A stretch of 64,000 nucleotides of DNA, from contig JALWZS010000021.1 of NCBI GenBank assembly GCA_027002475.1, positions 205 to 64,204 on the forward strand. Reading direction: 5' to 3'. Below the pieces are notes generated by a model, which saw only the letters and a program-made list of their open reading frames with translations, was not told where the DNA came from and ran no database searches. Of the stretch, positions 1 to 9,495 are shown piece after piece. The position numbers were made by a program, and so were the translations under genes. This DNA is from a bacterium (lineage in GTDB: Bacteria; Patescibacteriota; 4484-211; GCA-002791395). Position 1 is the stretch's first letter. Each line of letters begins with the position of its first letter.

Positions 1-2
1 TA

Positions 3-272
3 GTGGCAAACGAAGAGGTTCCAGACGAGATTAATAAGTCTCTACTTCCCCAAATTGCCTCGTTTGTAAAAAAGCAAAAAGATCTATCATGGCAGGATAT
101 TAAAAGTATCAAAGTTAACGAAGGACCAGGAACACGATTTACACGAACACGCCTTAGTGTAGCTTATGCCAACGCCCTAGCATTTGCTCTTGGCACCAAA
201 GTCAACGATAAAGAGTGGACTGCTCCTATTTATAGTAGCGAGCCCAACATAACAAAACCAAAACATGGATAA
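3..272 (+). CDS. tsaB: TsaB-like (inactive Kae1/TsaD paralog) N-terminal-domain protein, truncated at the 5' end by the window edge
   Basis: The motif EGPGTRFTRTRLSVAYANALAFALG matches the TsaB/YeaZ consensus [22 protein letters not shown]. The ORF runs off the window start. Confidence 0.45.
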   Translation: MANEEVPDEINKSLLPQIASFVKKQKDLSWQDIKSIKVNEGPGTRFTRTRLSVAYANALAFALGTKVNDKEWTAPIYSSEPNITKPKHG

Positions 273-783
273 ACTAAAAATAGTTTTGCTAGCTATAGTT
301 CCGGTACTATTTTCCTTGACGTTGGTTCCACACCCTAGTTACGCCGAGCGAGTAAGCGAAACAAACGTTTCTAATCAACCGATCTCTTTAGACGAGGTAA
401 CAAAGATTCTAAAAATAAACTTGCCGGATGTAATGATATTACCAGATTCCCCTTTTTACCAAGTAAAAACCACAATTGAAGAAATACAGTTATTTTTTGC
501 GAGTACTGACGAACAAAAGCTACAGCTCCTACTATCATTCGGCCAAAAAAGGCTAGCTGAAGCCCTCAAGCTACAGGACAAAAACAAACCGGAACTAGCC
601 AAACAAACACTTGACACTTTCGATAAAACCCTAAAGCAAGCACAAGAGATACTTTCAACACTGAACTTAAAACAAGGACTTACGCAGTATCAAACCCATA
701 TCGAGCTGCAGGAAAAAGAGTTTAGTCTTATACAATTTGTTACTGGCGAGTATAATATAAGCTGGCAAAGAAATAACGATTAA
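265..783 (+). CDS. secreted hypothetical protein, DUF5667-like
   Basis: N-terminal signal peptide (MDKLKIVLLAIVPVLFSLTLVPHPSYA). An LPDSPFYQVK motif resembles the DUF5667 LPGDxLYxLK motif. Helical and Lys-rich. Confidence 0.5.
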   Translation: MDKLKIVLLAIVPVLFSLTLVPHPSYAERVSETNVSNQPISLDEVTKILKINLPDVMILPDSPFYQVKTTIEEIQLFFASTDEQKLQLLLSFGQKRLAEALKLQDKNKPELAKQTLDTFDKTLKQAQEILSTLNLKQGLTQYQTHIELQEKEFSLIQFVTGEYNISWQRNND

Positions 784-787
784 CTTT

Positions 788-1759
788 ATGACTATACTTA
801 TTGCTGGTGGTGCCGGCTTTATCGGTACCAATCTTACAAAACATCTCTTGCAAAAATCTCCAAAGACTAAGATCGTCTCGGTTGATGATTTAAGTATTGG
901 CAATGCACAAAATATAGCCGAGTTTAAGGAACGAAAAAACTACGAATTTATAGAATCATCTGTCACAGACAGAAAAACTATCCACGCACTTATTAAGCAA
1001 TATAAACCTGACGTAATAATATCGGCTGTAAATACGTACGAACATGAAAAGGCAATTAACACCTTTGTGCTTGGCAACTACAACTTACTCGAAGGTGCAC
1101 GCTTAAGTGAGCACAAACTATCTTTATTCCTATTACTATCTGACGATGAAGTTTATGGTGACACCGCAACGCTTGAAGGAAATGTCAAAAACGCTACTGA
1201 AACAGATGCGCTAACTCCTAGTAGACCCATCACAGCCGCCCAAACAGCCGCAGATATTATTGCACTTTCCTACTTCAATGAGTTTAAGCTCCCTACTGTC
1301 TCCCTTCGATCTTCTAATATTTTTGGACCGTACCAATCAGAAAATAGGCTCTTAGTACGCCTTATCACACATGCTATTAAAAACGAATCAATCCCAATTT
1401 ACGGCGATGGAACGCATATTAGAGACTGGCTTTATATTGACGACTTTCTTACTCTTATCGAAAAGATAATATCTGACACTAAACCCGAGATGCTAGGCAA
1501 AGCATTTAACGTTTCTATGGAGATGCCACAAACTGTTCTTGCAACTACAGAACTAATCTTAACAATACTAAATAAACCTAAAGAGTTCATAACTTTTGAG
1601 GAGCAAAAGCGCCCAATTACCTATAGGAAAGTGCTTGATTCTAGTAAGATACGAGACCTTTATGATTGGGTGCCAACAACGGATTTTAACGACGCGCTAG
1701 CAAAAACTATAGACTGGTACAAACAAAAAATTCAAGAAGAAAAACAGGCTACTCAATAA
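788..1759 (+). CDS. NAD-dependent epimerase/dehydratase family protein (dTDP-glucose 4,6-dehydratase-like) with degenerate catalytic motif
   Basis: N-terminal Rossmann motif IAGGAGFIGTNL. DEVYGD and GDGTHIRDWLYIDDF match RmlB/GalE-family motifs. The catalytic YxxxK is replaced by ITAAQ. Confidence 0.8.
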   Translation: MTILIAGGAGFIGTNLTKHLLQKSPKTKIVSVDDLSIGNAQNIAEFKERKNYEFIESSVTDRKTIHALIKQYKPDVIISAVNTYEHEKAINTFVLGNYNLLEGARLSEHKLSLFLLLSDDEVYGDTATLEGNVKNATETDALTPSRPITAAQTAADIIALSYFNEFKLPTVSLRSSNIFGPYQSENRLLVRLITHAIKNESIPIYGDGTHIRDWLYIDDFLTLIEKIISDTKPEMLGKAFNVSMEMPQTVLATTELILTILNKPKEFITFEEQKRPITYRKVLDSSKIRDLYDWVPTTDFNDALAKTIDWYKQKIQEEKQATQ

Positions 1760-3458
1760 TAACGATTACCTCATTTGAGTAAATATCACAATATCCTCCC
1801 CTATAACGACCTAGCCTAAAGTGCCATTCTCCTGGCCCAAACTCATTATCCTCAAGAGTTACAGTTATGCTCCTAGCTTCGCCGTTTGATATATACTCAT
1901 ATCCCCAATCATTCATAGTTTCCTCATTTGTATCTCCCTCATCAACAACCGCTAACACTTTATTGCTAAAAACTTGTGCTACAAATGTTTTTAGCTTATT
2001 AAGTAAGCTTACTTCCTTTTCAGACTGGTTTTTAGGATATGTTGGCTGCCCATCTTTATTCCAAACGAGCTTATATCCTCTATCAAGGCGACCATCTCCT
2101 GAGATCTCCCAAGAAAAAGTAATTTCGCGTCCAGTTTGTGAGGTCTTTTCTAAATTAATATCAACTTGTCCCCAGTCAATAGAAGCGACATTAACAGTTA
2201 CATCATTTGAGTAAGTATCGCATTTCTTTTCTGTGTCAGATCTAACAAAACGACATACTCGAAAGTGAAATGTTCCACCATCCGCCAACGCCTCCGCAGT
2301 AAATTCCACGTGGCTAGAATCTATTCCATCAACATAGTATCCAGGATTTTTCCCATATTCAGGATTTTCTTCCTTCGCAAAGAGAATCTTGTATCCTTGA
2401 CCATCCAAATCTCCTTGAACGCTCCACGTTAGCTTTACCTTTCCAGGTTCTGGACTTGATGCGCTTGTTATACGAATTGAAGCAACTACGGGCGTTGGCG
2501 ATGCTGTTTGCGGATCTTCCTCTGTTGTAGGTGTAGGTTGCGTTGTTGGAGTTGGAGTTAATGTGGGCGTTGGACTAAGTTCTAAGTCTTTAAAAACCCC
2601 CAGGTCTTCATCTCTTTTTAAGTCTTCGTCTTTATTAAATTCGTACCATTGATCTTTTAACTTTTCCTCTTTTATTTTGTCTGTCTTGTACTCAAACTTA
2701 TCAGGAATTGGATTTGTTATGTTAATCTCATTGCCCTGAGACACTTTAATTCCTTCACTCTTAACGGGAAGTTTCACAACTACAGCACTTTCAATGACTG
2801 CTACATTTATTTTGTTGTTTAACTTATCAACGTTAACGTTAAACGCTGTGCCTAACGCAGTTATTAGTGTACCATCTGCGTTAACCACAAATTCTCGTGA
2901 CGAGTTCTTCTGAACCCTACTATATATTTCCCCAATAGTTTGAGTTAACTTATATTCCTTATCTGAAACGGCATCAATTCGTAACTCTGTTAACTCGTTT
3001 ACTCGAACTACACTCCCATCATCAAATTGAACAATTGCTAATGCACCGCTAGCCGTCCTAACAACATCTCCCTCGTCTAAAGTCATGTTAAGCTCAATCG
3101 GCTTGGCAACACTACCGTTTTCACCACTCCAAACCGTTGTATCACCTTCAAAGTAAACAAGAGTGGCAGTGTGAACTTCCCTTACCTGATTTTCCTTAAC
3201 CTGTGTTAAGGTTTCCTGTGGAGGATTACTTACACGAAGACCGAAAATATCAAGATAAAAAGCCATAAACCCAACCAGAACCAGTAACAGCACCGATACT
3301 ACTTCAAAAAAAACAAGCAACCTTTTTTGATGCTGTGACTCCTGATTTGAGGTGGACATGTCATTAACAACGTTTTTCCCTTCTACCTTATCCATGCTTA
3401 AAGCATAACTGATATTGCCCCTACTCGCAACACGTCTAGTGAGTGAGTACCCTCTCAC
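1749..3458 (-). CDS. membrane-anchored protein with FecR-like domain, Pro/Thr linker and two tandem beta-sandwich domains
   Basis: N-terminal TM helix (LLVFFEVVSVLLLVLVGFMAF). A FecR-like segment (VVRTASGALAIVQFDDGSVVRVNELTELRI). [18 protein letters not shown] linker. Two homologous C-terminal domains (GYKILF...FHFRVCRFV...CDTYSNDVTV and GYKLVW...WHFRLGRYRGGYCDIYSNEVIV). The start codon is uncertain; internal Met codons are at residues 22 and 34. Confidence 0.6.
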   Translation of the reverse strand: MRGYSLTRRVASRGNISYALSMDKVEGKNVVNDMSTSNQESQHQKRLLVFFEVVSVLLLVLVGFMAFYLDIFGLRVSNPPQETLTQVKENQVREVHTATLVYFEGDTTVWSGENGSVAKPIELNMTLDEGDVVRTASGALAIVQFDDGSVVRVNELTELRIDAVSDKEYKLTQTIGEIYSRVQKNSSREFVVNADGTLITALGTAFNVNVDKLNNKINVAVIESAVVVKLPVKSEGIKVSQGNEINITNPIPDKFEYKTDKIKEEKLKDQWYEFNKDEDLKRDEDLGVFKDLELSPTPTLTPTPTTQPTPTTEEDPQTASPTPVVASIRITSASSPEPGKVKLTWSVQGDLDGQGYKILFAKEENPEYGKNPGYYVDGIDSSHVEFTAEALADGGTFHFRVCRFVRSDTEKKCDTYSNDVTVNVASIDWGQVDINLEKTSQTGREITFSWEISGDGRLDRGYKLVWNKDGQPTYPKNQSEKEVSLLNKLKTFVAQVFSNKVLAVVDEGDTNEETMNDWGYEYISNGEARSITVTLEDNEFGPGEWHFRLGRYRGGYCDIYSNEVIVIIE

Positions 3459-3481
3459 CCACTAGCACGCGCTGCACCAAC

Positions 3482-4387
3482 CTAGCTAAACAAACTTAAA
3501 AGGAAACCTATTATGCTAAATCCCTGCTCTTCTTCCGCAACTCTTTCCTGTAAAGCGATATTTTCGTTTAGAATCGACATAACGGTCTCTTGAATCATCT
3601 GTTGGTCTGATTCATTTTGAACCTGTGTCTGAATCTCTTGTAACTTCTTAACTCGCTCCTGGTTAGCCTTTATTTCTTCTTTAAGAGAATTTAAGGCGTC
3701 TTTGTCTGGACCGACTAAAAACTTTATCAATCCTGAACGCTTCTCAACCCTCTCAAAAGACTTTTCTATTTTCTCTTGTGCTTTCTCTTGTGCTTTAGCA
3801 ACTTCTTGGATTTGAGCTGCAAGATCTTTACCAGACATAGAACCATTACCAAGTTCGTTACCATCTTCAGGTACAGTATCCTGTCCTTCGCCAGGATTTA
3901 TATTCAGTAGCTCATGAAGTTTCTCTGCAACATCACTCATGTGCTCCATTGCCGATTTAGTACGGTCGAAACCTTTTTCCATCCTATCTAGCGCACGTTG
4001 ACCAGGAAACGTATCTGCTGTGTCATCATTCATATCGTTTGCGTCATCTTCTCCTACCTCTTCATGCATGTCTTCATCAGTACCATCCATTTCCTGCTTC
4101 ATATCCTCTTTGGTATCGTCGTTCATTTCTTGCCCCATATCGTCGTTAACATCTTCATTCATCATGGTATCCTCTTTCTCTTTAGTCATAGTCGGTGTAC
4201 TAGAGTCCATCATGTCATCATCAGTCTGCGCTGGAGTAACGTAATCCTCGCTTTCGTCTTCATGCATAGTTTCCGCGACATCCTCAGTTTTAACGTCGTA
4301 ATCTGTCATCTTAGCTGAGCTTAAAATTGGGAAAAGCACTACTAAAAATACTGCACCTATTAGTAGTTGTATTTTGTTAATTTTCAT
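3482..4387 (-). CDS. secreted acidic (Asp/Glu/Met-rich) coiled-coil protein
   Basis: Signal peptide MKINKIQLLIGAVFLVVLFPILSSA, then a highly acidic low-complexity region and a helical C-terminus. RBS ggaggtga upstream. Confidence 0.6.
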   Translation of the reverse strand: MKINKIQLLIGAVFLVVLFPILSSAKMTDYDVKTEDVAETMHEDESEDYVTPAQTDDDMMDSSTPTMTKEKEDTMMNEDVNDDMGQEMNDDTKEDMKQEMDGTDEDMHEEVGEDDANDMNDDTADTFPGQRALDRMEKGFDRTKSAMEHMSDVAEKLHELLNINPGEGQDTVPEDGNELGNGSMSGKDLAAQIQEVAKAQEKAQEKIEKSFERVEKRSGLIKFLVGPDKDALNSLKEEIKANQERVKKLQEIQTQVQNESDQQMIQETVMSILNENIALQERVAEEEQGFSIIGFLLSLFS

Positions 4388-4612
4388 ATAATCACCTCCT
4401 TTTTAGAAAGATATAGTTTAAAGCTAGCATAAATTGCAGAGTACGACAATCTAGTGTTACTAATCTTATTAGTAAAAGATCTAACCGTACCTTTAGTCTT
4501 GTATGGGTTGTTGGTATAATAGCCAAGCGCGCTGGCACACAGCAAAAGAGAACAGCAGATTAAAAAGTTTAAAGGAGGAAAAGCTTTTAAAAAGTTAGTT
4601 GAGATGTAACAT

Positions 4613-4686
4613 TGCCGGATCGTCTAATGGTAGGACGCTTGGTTTTGGTCCAAGAAATTGGGGTTCGAGTCCCTGTCCGGCAGCCA
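4613..4686 (+). tRNA. tRNA-Gln (anticodon UUG)
   Basis: Cloverleaf read by hand. Acceptor TGCCGGA/TCCGGCA, D-arm CGTC..GACG, anticodon stem CTTGG/CCAAG with loop TTTTGGT (U33, anticodon TTG), T-arm GGGGTTCGAGTCCC, discriminator G and an encoded CCA. Confidence 0.85.
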
Positions 4687-4861
4687 GTACCGACAAGGTC
4701 TAATACCACCTCGAACTCCCTTCTTTCAAATTACGCAGTTTTGTAGTATTAACACGTCCTACGAAAAAATTACTGTGGGAGGGTCAAGTCAAAGACTGTA
4801 AATAAATATTCGTAAATCGCGACCACTTACGTTAGAATGTATACAATTTAACAACGTTCCT

Positions 4862-5242
4862 ATGGGCAGTTTGATTGAAATAAACGACACACTACAAATC
4901 ACAAAAGAGCAAGGTTTTCCCAAAGAATTAGTTTATGAAAAACACAAAGTTAAACCATTTACAGCGGCAGACTTTGAAGGACAGGTTTTTGAATTCAAAG
5001 ATAAACCTAAGATAAGAATTTACAAACTACCACCAGTTCGAAATTTTCTTGTGCAAAACATCAACGGGGAATGGTTGTACTGGGGGCTTATACATATCCT
5101 TGAAGTCACACACAACAATATTAAACAAACAACATCTGGGAAATTTAAAATAATTTATATTTACACTCCAGAAGAGATGGAATACGCCCATAGACTAATT
5201 GACAGAAATATTGGTACAGATTACTTAAACTCCCTTCTTTAG
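4862..5242 (+). CDS. hypothetical protein
   Basis: 126-aa ORF with no recognised motif. It sits downstream of the tRNA in an intergenic context. Confidence 0.45.
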   Translation: MGSLIEINDTLQITKEQGFPKELVYEKHKVKPFTAADFEGQVFEFKDKPKIRIYKLPPVRNFLVQNINGEWLYWGLIHILEVTHNNIKQTTSGKFKIIYIYTPEEMEYAHRLIDRNIGTDYLNSLL

Positions 5243-5272
5243 ACAAAGTTTTTATAGTGATATATTAGATAA

Positions 5273-5896
5273 ATGGAGTTAGACATCCCAACCAAGCGTG
5301 AGTCGCCGACCAACAAAAACTTCCACGCTTTAGTTATTATCGTACTCACGTTAATTATTCTCTCCATCGCTCTTGCAATTTTTTGGGTTAGATACTTGAT
5401 AAAAACAGTAGATTTAAAAAAAGAAACGATTAACATACTTGATAACATCTCAGAGACATTTGCAACCCCAACCCCTGAGGAACCATTCCCTACAATGCCT
5501 AACTATGATTATCCAACTGCAACGCCACGTTATAACGACGTGATGTTAGACCTAAAGATAACTGACAACAAAAGACAAATGATTGAAACCGGTGTTTATG
5601 CAACTCTTATTAGTGTTACAGTTATCGACAATAAGCGTCTTTACGCAACGTTCCAAATCGAAAACATTATGGATATAGAACGTGATTTTAGCCCAATTCG
5701 TCTTAATATGTATAACGGGAAACTAGGAACAAGTACAAAAACTGCGATAATAAAGAGCACAATAAAACCACATGATAAGCTTTTTATAACCAACCAATAC
5801 GACGTCTTGCCGGGTAACGAGTTTACATTCCGCTACGCAAGCCAAACGATTGAAGGCGCAGCTCCGCTCTTAGGAAGAGTTACACTTAAAAACTAA
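5273..5896 (+). CDS. membrane-anchored hypothetical protein (N-terminal TM, extracellular beta-rich domain)
   Basis: TM helix ALVIIVLTLIILSIALAIFWV followed by a Pro/Thr-containing linker and a beta-rich domain. Confidence 0.55.
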   Translation: MELDIPTKRESPTNKNFHALVIIVLTLIILSIALAIFWVRYLIKTVDLKKETINILDNISETFATPTPEEPFPTMPNYDYPTATPRYNDVMLDLKITDNKRQMIETGVYATLISVTVIDNKRLYATFQIENIMDIERDFSPIRLNMYNGKLGTSTKTAIIKSTIKPHDKLFITNQYDVLPGNEFTFRYASQTIEGAAPLLGRVTLKN

Positions 5897-6167
5897 TCAC
5901 ATTTCTAAGGAACATTTGATAAAGATACAGGTGTTCGCTAAACATAAACGCCCCAATCATCGCTTCAAAAATAATAGGAAAAGTAATTTGTTTTTCGTCC
6001 TTTAAGTCAATAAATGCATCTACCACCAAAGCTATTCCCAAAACAAATGAGCCATAATGCAAAAGCCCAAAAGAAGCATACCTTAAACCCAAATAAGCCA
6101 ACAAAAAGGTGAGTGGCAAAAAAAGCAAATATATTCTTAAGTTTTTGTCACCTAGAAGTTTTATCAT
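5886..6167 (-). CDS. small integral membrane protein
   Basis: Two or three predicted TM helices. Start overlaps the upstream ORF (ATGA). Confidence 0.4.
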   Translation of the reverse strand: MIKLLGDKNLRIYLLFLPLTFLLAYLGLRYASFGLLHYGSFVLGIALVVDAFIDLKDEKQITFPIIFEAMIGAFMFSEHLYLYQMFLRNVISF

Positions 6168-6487
6168 GACAACAAGGTTATTAAATGAACAAACATTATT
6201 AGGAAGAACGTGTTAAAGGCTACAAACTTCAAAAGCCTAAATTTATTACCGAAATGTTTTCTCCTTTGCATATAAATGATAGATAGTAACGAGAAGTACA
6301 TAAAGGTCTCAGATAAGAAAAACTGTAAATGCCCTGGAGTACGATAAGTTGCGCGATTTGTCTGAATAATCCCACCCCATAAATACCCAGCAATTACGAC
6401 AAGAAGAACAATTAAACCGAACCTAATATAAACGCTATAACCTCGCTTTGAACCAATTACTTTTTGTGTGTTAAAATCCGTTCGCAT
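6164..6487 (-). CDS. small integral membrane protein
   Basis: Predicted TM helices. Translationally coupled (ATGA overlap) with 5886..6167. Confidence 0.4.
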   Translation of the reverse strand: MRTDFNTQKVIGSKRGYSVYIRFGLIVLLVVIAGYLWGGIIQTNRATYRTPGHLQFFLSETFMYFSLLSIIYMQRRKHFGNKFRLLKFVAFNTFFLIMFVHLITLLS

Positions 6488-6499
6488 ATTTAGTTAATT

Positions 6500-6712
6500 A
6501 TGGAATTTTACTGCAATAAATGCAAAATAAAGTTTGAGTCCGAAGGATATAAAGTTAAGTGGCAAGATCCAATTTATGGAATGAATTGGAAGTATGCAGC
6601 GAAATGCCCAGGTTGCAATGAAGAATGCGATCGAGCTCAATCTAACATCGTTAAAAGCACTGGTTCGTCAACTTCTTCCTCTTGTCCTACAGGTACCTGC
6701 CCGTTTGCATAG
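6500..6712 (+). CDS. small zinc-ribbon protein
   Basis: CNKC...CPGC arrangement of Cys pairs, typical of zinc ribbons. 70 aa. Confidence 0.4.
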   Translation: MEFYCNKCKIKFESEGYKVKWQDPIYGMNWKYAAKCPGCNEECDRAQSNIVKSTGSSTSSSCPTGTCPFA

Positions 6713-6744
6713 ACTTGATTTCTAATTTAAGGTATGATTTTTGT

Positions 6745-8091
6745 ATGGAAGAGAAACCTAGTCTAACTGTATGGCAGCTTCTCTTAGACATTGCAGTACT
6801 TGGTCCACTAGTCGTACTCTCAATTGCCATTGTAGCGTTAATTGTTGTTGGTATATTCCAAAAGTTCCAGCCTATACTTACTAAATCAACTTCCCCCACA
6901 CCAACCATTACTCCACAGCAACCAACGATTGCCCCGACAATAACTCCTACACCAACTCAAGTTTCTACACAGTCACTATCGCAAGCGCATAACCTATTTG
7001 GCTTAAACATACTTAAAAAGCTAACCGACGAAAACAAAGAAGAAAACGTAGTGATTTCCCCGACAAGCCTTTCAATTGCATTCACAATGCTTTACAACGG
7101 AGCAAGCGGAGAAACTAAAGCAGTTTTAGATCAAGCGCTTGGTTACTCAGAAAAACTACAAGAGCAAGACATTAATAAACAAACACAAGAGCTTATAAAC
7201 TCACTCCAAAACAGTGACGTTACGTTATCAATTGCTAACTCGATTTGGATTCGCGACGGATTTCCTGTTATTTCAGAGTTTACAAACAAAAATAAAGAAT
7301 ACTTAAATGCTCTAGTCTCTACGTTAGATTTCAGCAAACCTAGTGCCCCAACTAAAATAAATAACTGGGTAAAAGACAACACCAATAATAAAATCGTCAA
7401 GATTGTATCTCCACCACTCCCAGATTCACTTATGATGATGCTTGTTAACGCGGTTTATTTTAAAGGGACTTGGACATACACCTTTGATAAAGAGTACACA
7501 AACAAAGACACGTTTTACCTTACTGACGGAACCACTCAAACGGTTTCATTCATGCATCAAACACGTAAAGACTTCAAGTATTTTGAAAACGACACCTTCC
7601 AAACTGTACTACTACCATACGGCGAAGGTAAGCGTTTTGCAATGAGCGTACTAGTACCTAAAGAAGAAAAAAGCGCTAAAGACATAATAAATGGACTAAA
7701 TCCCACGTCATGGCAAGAATGGATGAATAGTTACAACGAGCAAAAAGGAACGGTAGCATTGCCAAAATTCAAACTCGAGTACTCTAAAGGGTTAATCCCA
7801 ACGCTTCAGTCTCTTGGTCTAGAAAACATCTTTAGTGATAACGCAGACTTCTCACTAATTAGTGAAGAACCACTTAAAGTCGGTTCTGTACTGCACAAAA
7901 CATTTATTGAAGTTGATGAACAAGGCACCGAAGCCGCTGCCGTTACCTCGATTGGTATAGTTGCGACAAGTGCAGTTGATAACGAACCTAGTTTCTCACT
8001 AGTTGCCAACAAGCCTTTTGTTTTAGCTATCACAGACACAACAACTAACGAAATTTTATTTATTGGATTAATCAGTAACCCGCTCGAATAA
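6745..8091 (+). CDS. serpin-family serine protease inhibitor, membrane-anchored
   Basis: Serpin signatures NAVYFKGTWTYTFDKEYT, a reactive-centre-loop hinge GTEAAAVTS and C-terminal PFVLAITDTTTNEILFIGLISNP. N-terminal TM helix plus a PTPTITPQQPTIAPTITPTPT linker. Start moved to the in-frame ATG at 6745 to avoid overlap with the upstream ORF. Confidence 0.85.
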   Translation: MEEKPSLTVWQLLLDIAVLGPLVVLSIAIVALIVVGIFQKFQPILTKSTSPTPTITPQQPTIAPTITPTPTQVSTQSLSQAHNLFGLNILKKLTDENKEENVVISPTSLSIAFTMLYNGASGETKAVLDQALGYSEKLQEQDINKQTQELINSLQNSDVTLSIANSIWIRDGFPVISEFTNKNKEYLNALVSTLDFSKPSAPTKINNWVKDNTNNKIVKIVSPPLPDSLMMMLVNAVYFKGTWTYTFDKEYTNKDTFYLTDGTTQTVSFMHQTRKDFKYFENDTFQTVLLPYGEGKRFAMSVLVPKEEKSAKDIINGLNPTSWQEWMNSYNEQKGTVALPKFKLEYSKGLIPTLQSLGLENIFSDNADFSLISEEPLKVGSVLHKTFIEVDEQGTEAAAVTSIGIVATSAVDNEPSFSLVANKPFVLAITDTTTNEILFIGLISNPLE

Positions 8092-8092
8092 G

Positions 8093-8920
8093 ATGAAGTA
8101 TAATAAAAACATGCTGCCCAAGGTTTTATATATAACCTCTCGAGTTCTTGCGATTTTGATTGGTGTAGTGGTCTTTGCATTCATCACTGAAGGATTTGGA
8201 TCGGTCACATTCACAATGAAATTAGCAGGGGCATTATTCACCCTATTAACGGCTGGAGGATTAATCTATTTCGCAATGCGCCAAAAGAATGATAGATGGC
8301 TCGCACTTCTTCCTGTCGCTTATTGGGTAGCTCTTCTTGTAATCTTTTTAATGGGAGGCTTTGTAAACGATATGAATTTTATTAGGTTCCTTTTTGTTTC
8401 ACTAGTTGCAAGTATCACAACCGCTTTAGCTTTTTACGCATGGAGAAGCAACCAACTAGGAGGCTCTATGTATGTTGCGCTAGGCGTAGTCTATATCTTT
8501 TTGGCATTTAAGCGCGTTGAGACACTTCCTTTAATCATTGTACTTACAATTTTGCTTGCTACTGGAGTTATGTTTTATCTAGGACCGAATAGGCTCAAAA
8601 AACAAATCCCAAATCCCAAGCAAGACAAACCCAACAAACAAGAAGGTGACGCAGAAACTCAAACTCTTAACCAACCTGATGAGAAAAGCCAAGAAACAAT
8701 ACAAGTAGCCCCGAAACAAGAGCCAACAAATGCACCTGTTAAACCAAAAACGCCACCTATTGAAAAAGAGCCTTCACCAATAATGCCGCCAAGTCCCCCC
8801 AAACCTAAAAAAGAGTATAATGACCTAAAAGCTGTAGACGAAGCACTACAAGGTTGGCAAAGTCTCGCACAAAAATCTGCTCCACAAAAAAGTCGAACCT
8901 TCAAAAACGTGAAAAAGTAG
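8093..8920 (+). CDS. polytopic membrane protein with Pro/Lys-rich C-terminal tail
   Basis: Five or six hydrophobic helices then a KPKTPPIEKEPSPIMPPSPPKPKKEY tail. Starts 1 nt after the serpin stop. Confidence 0.6.
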   Translation: MKYNKNMLPKVLYITSRVLAILIGVVVFAFITEGFGSVTFTMKLAGALFTLLTAGGLIYFAMRQKNDRWLALLPVAYWVALLVIFLMGGFVNDMNFIRFLFVSLVASITTALAFYAWRSNQLGGSMYVALGVVYIFLAFKRVETLPLIIVLTILLATGVMFYLGPNRLKKQIPNPKQDKPNKQEGDAETQTLNQPDEKSQETIQVAPKQEPTNAPVKPKTPPIEKEPSPIMPPSPPKPKKEYNDLKAVDEALQGWQSLAQKSAPQKSRTFKNVKK

Positions 8921-9185
8921 GGAGTTAGAGGGTTGGAGAGTTGTAGAGTTTAAGAGTTGACGTGAGAACGTCATTGCGAGCGTTAGCGTGGCAATCTCAG
9001 TGGAAAGGTTTAAAATCGCGAGGAGGAAATCGGAGATTTACGACGTGGCGATCCATTGCCCTGAGATTACTTCAGTCGCTTCACTCCTTCGTAATGACAA
9101 GCTCGTCACTGCGAGGAACATAGTGACGCGGCAGTCTCAGTTAGAAAGTTACAGAGTTGGAGTGTATGAGAGTTGTAGAGTTAGC
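8921..9185. repeat. composite intergenic repeat, copy R1 (heptad AGAGTTn arms plus GC-rich palindromic core)
   Basis: Contains gtcattgcgagcg, aatcgcgaggaggaaatcggagattt, cgtcactgcgagg, gtgacgcggcagtctcagttagaaagttacagagttggag. Its reverse complement is about 90% identical to copy R3. Confidence 0.8.
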
Positions 9186-9330
9186 GTATCCACCCCAAAA
9201 CGGGCGATGGTACTAACAAACATTCCGCTTGTGAACTACTCCTTACTTATTTCAAAAGAAACTAAAAGTAAGTAAAGAGTAGCTCGCAAAACACAATCTC
9301 ACTCACAACCACACTCACAGGAGAAACCCC

Positions 9331-9465
9331 ATGGAAGTTCGTAAATTACTAAAAGCAGCCCAAGCAATCGTAGACATTCTCACCGTTGTCACGCTCAAGC
9401 CGGTGATTGATCGCCCCAACAAGAAAAAGAAAAAAGAGACTGTAAAACCAGCCCATATCTCATAG
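9331..9465 (+). CDS. small Lys-rich protein (44 aa), not in supplied ORF track
   Basis: AGGAGA RBS 6 nt upstream of the ATG. MEVRKLLKAAQAIVDILTVVTLKPVIDRPNKKKKKETVKPAHIS. Followed by an intrinsic terminator at 9496-9514. Confidence 0.3.
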   Translation: MEVRKLLKAAQAIVDILTVVTLKPVIDRPNKKKKKETVKPAHIS

Positions 9466-9495
9466 CTGGTGAAGTCCCCGGGCAAAAAATAGTTC

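Noticed and set aside
3998-4318. Plus-strand ORFs (106 aa and 74 aa) inside the acidic protein gene
   Set aside because: They are antisense to a better-supported minus-strand CDS and are low-complexity translations of the Asp/Glu/Met-rich repeat DNA.
8988-9275. 95-aa ORF (plus strand) whose protein resembles the minus-strand ORF 14651..14959 (shared EITSVASLLRNDK.VT.RNIVTRQSQLESYRVG)
   Set aside because: Both lie entirely inside copies R1/R3 of the intergenic repeat in opposite orientation. The protein similarity is a by-product of DNA repeat identity. No RBS.
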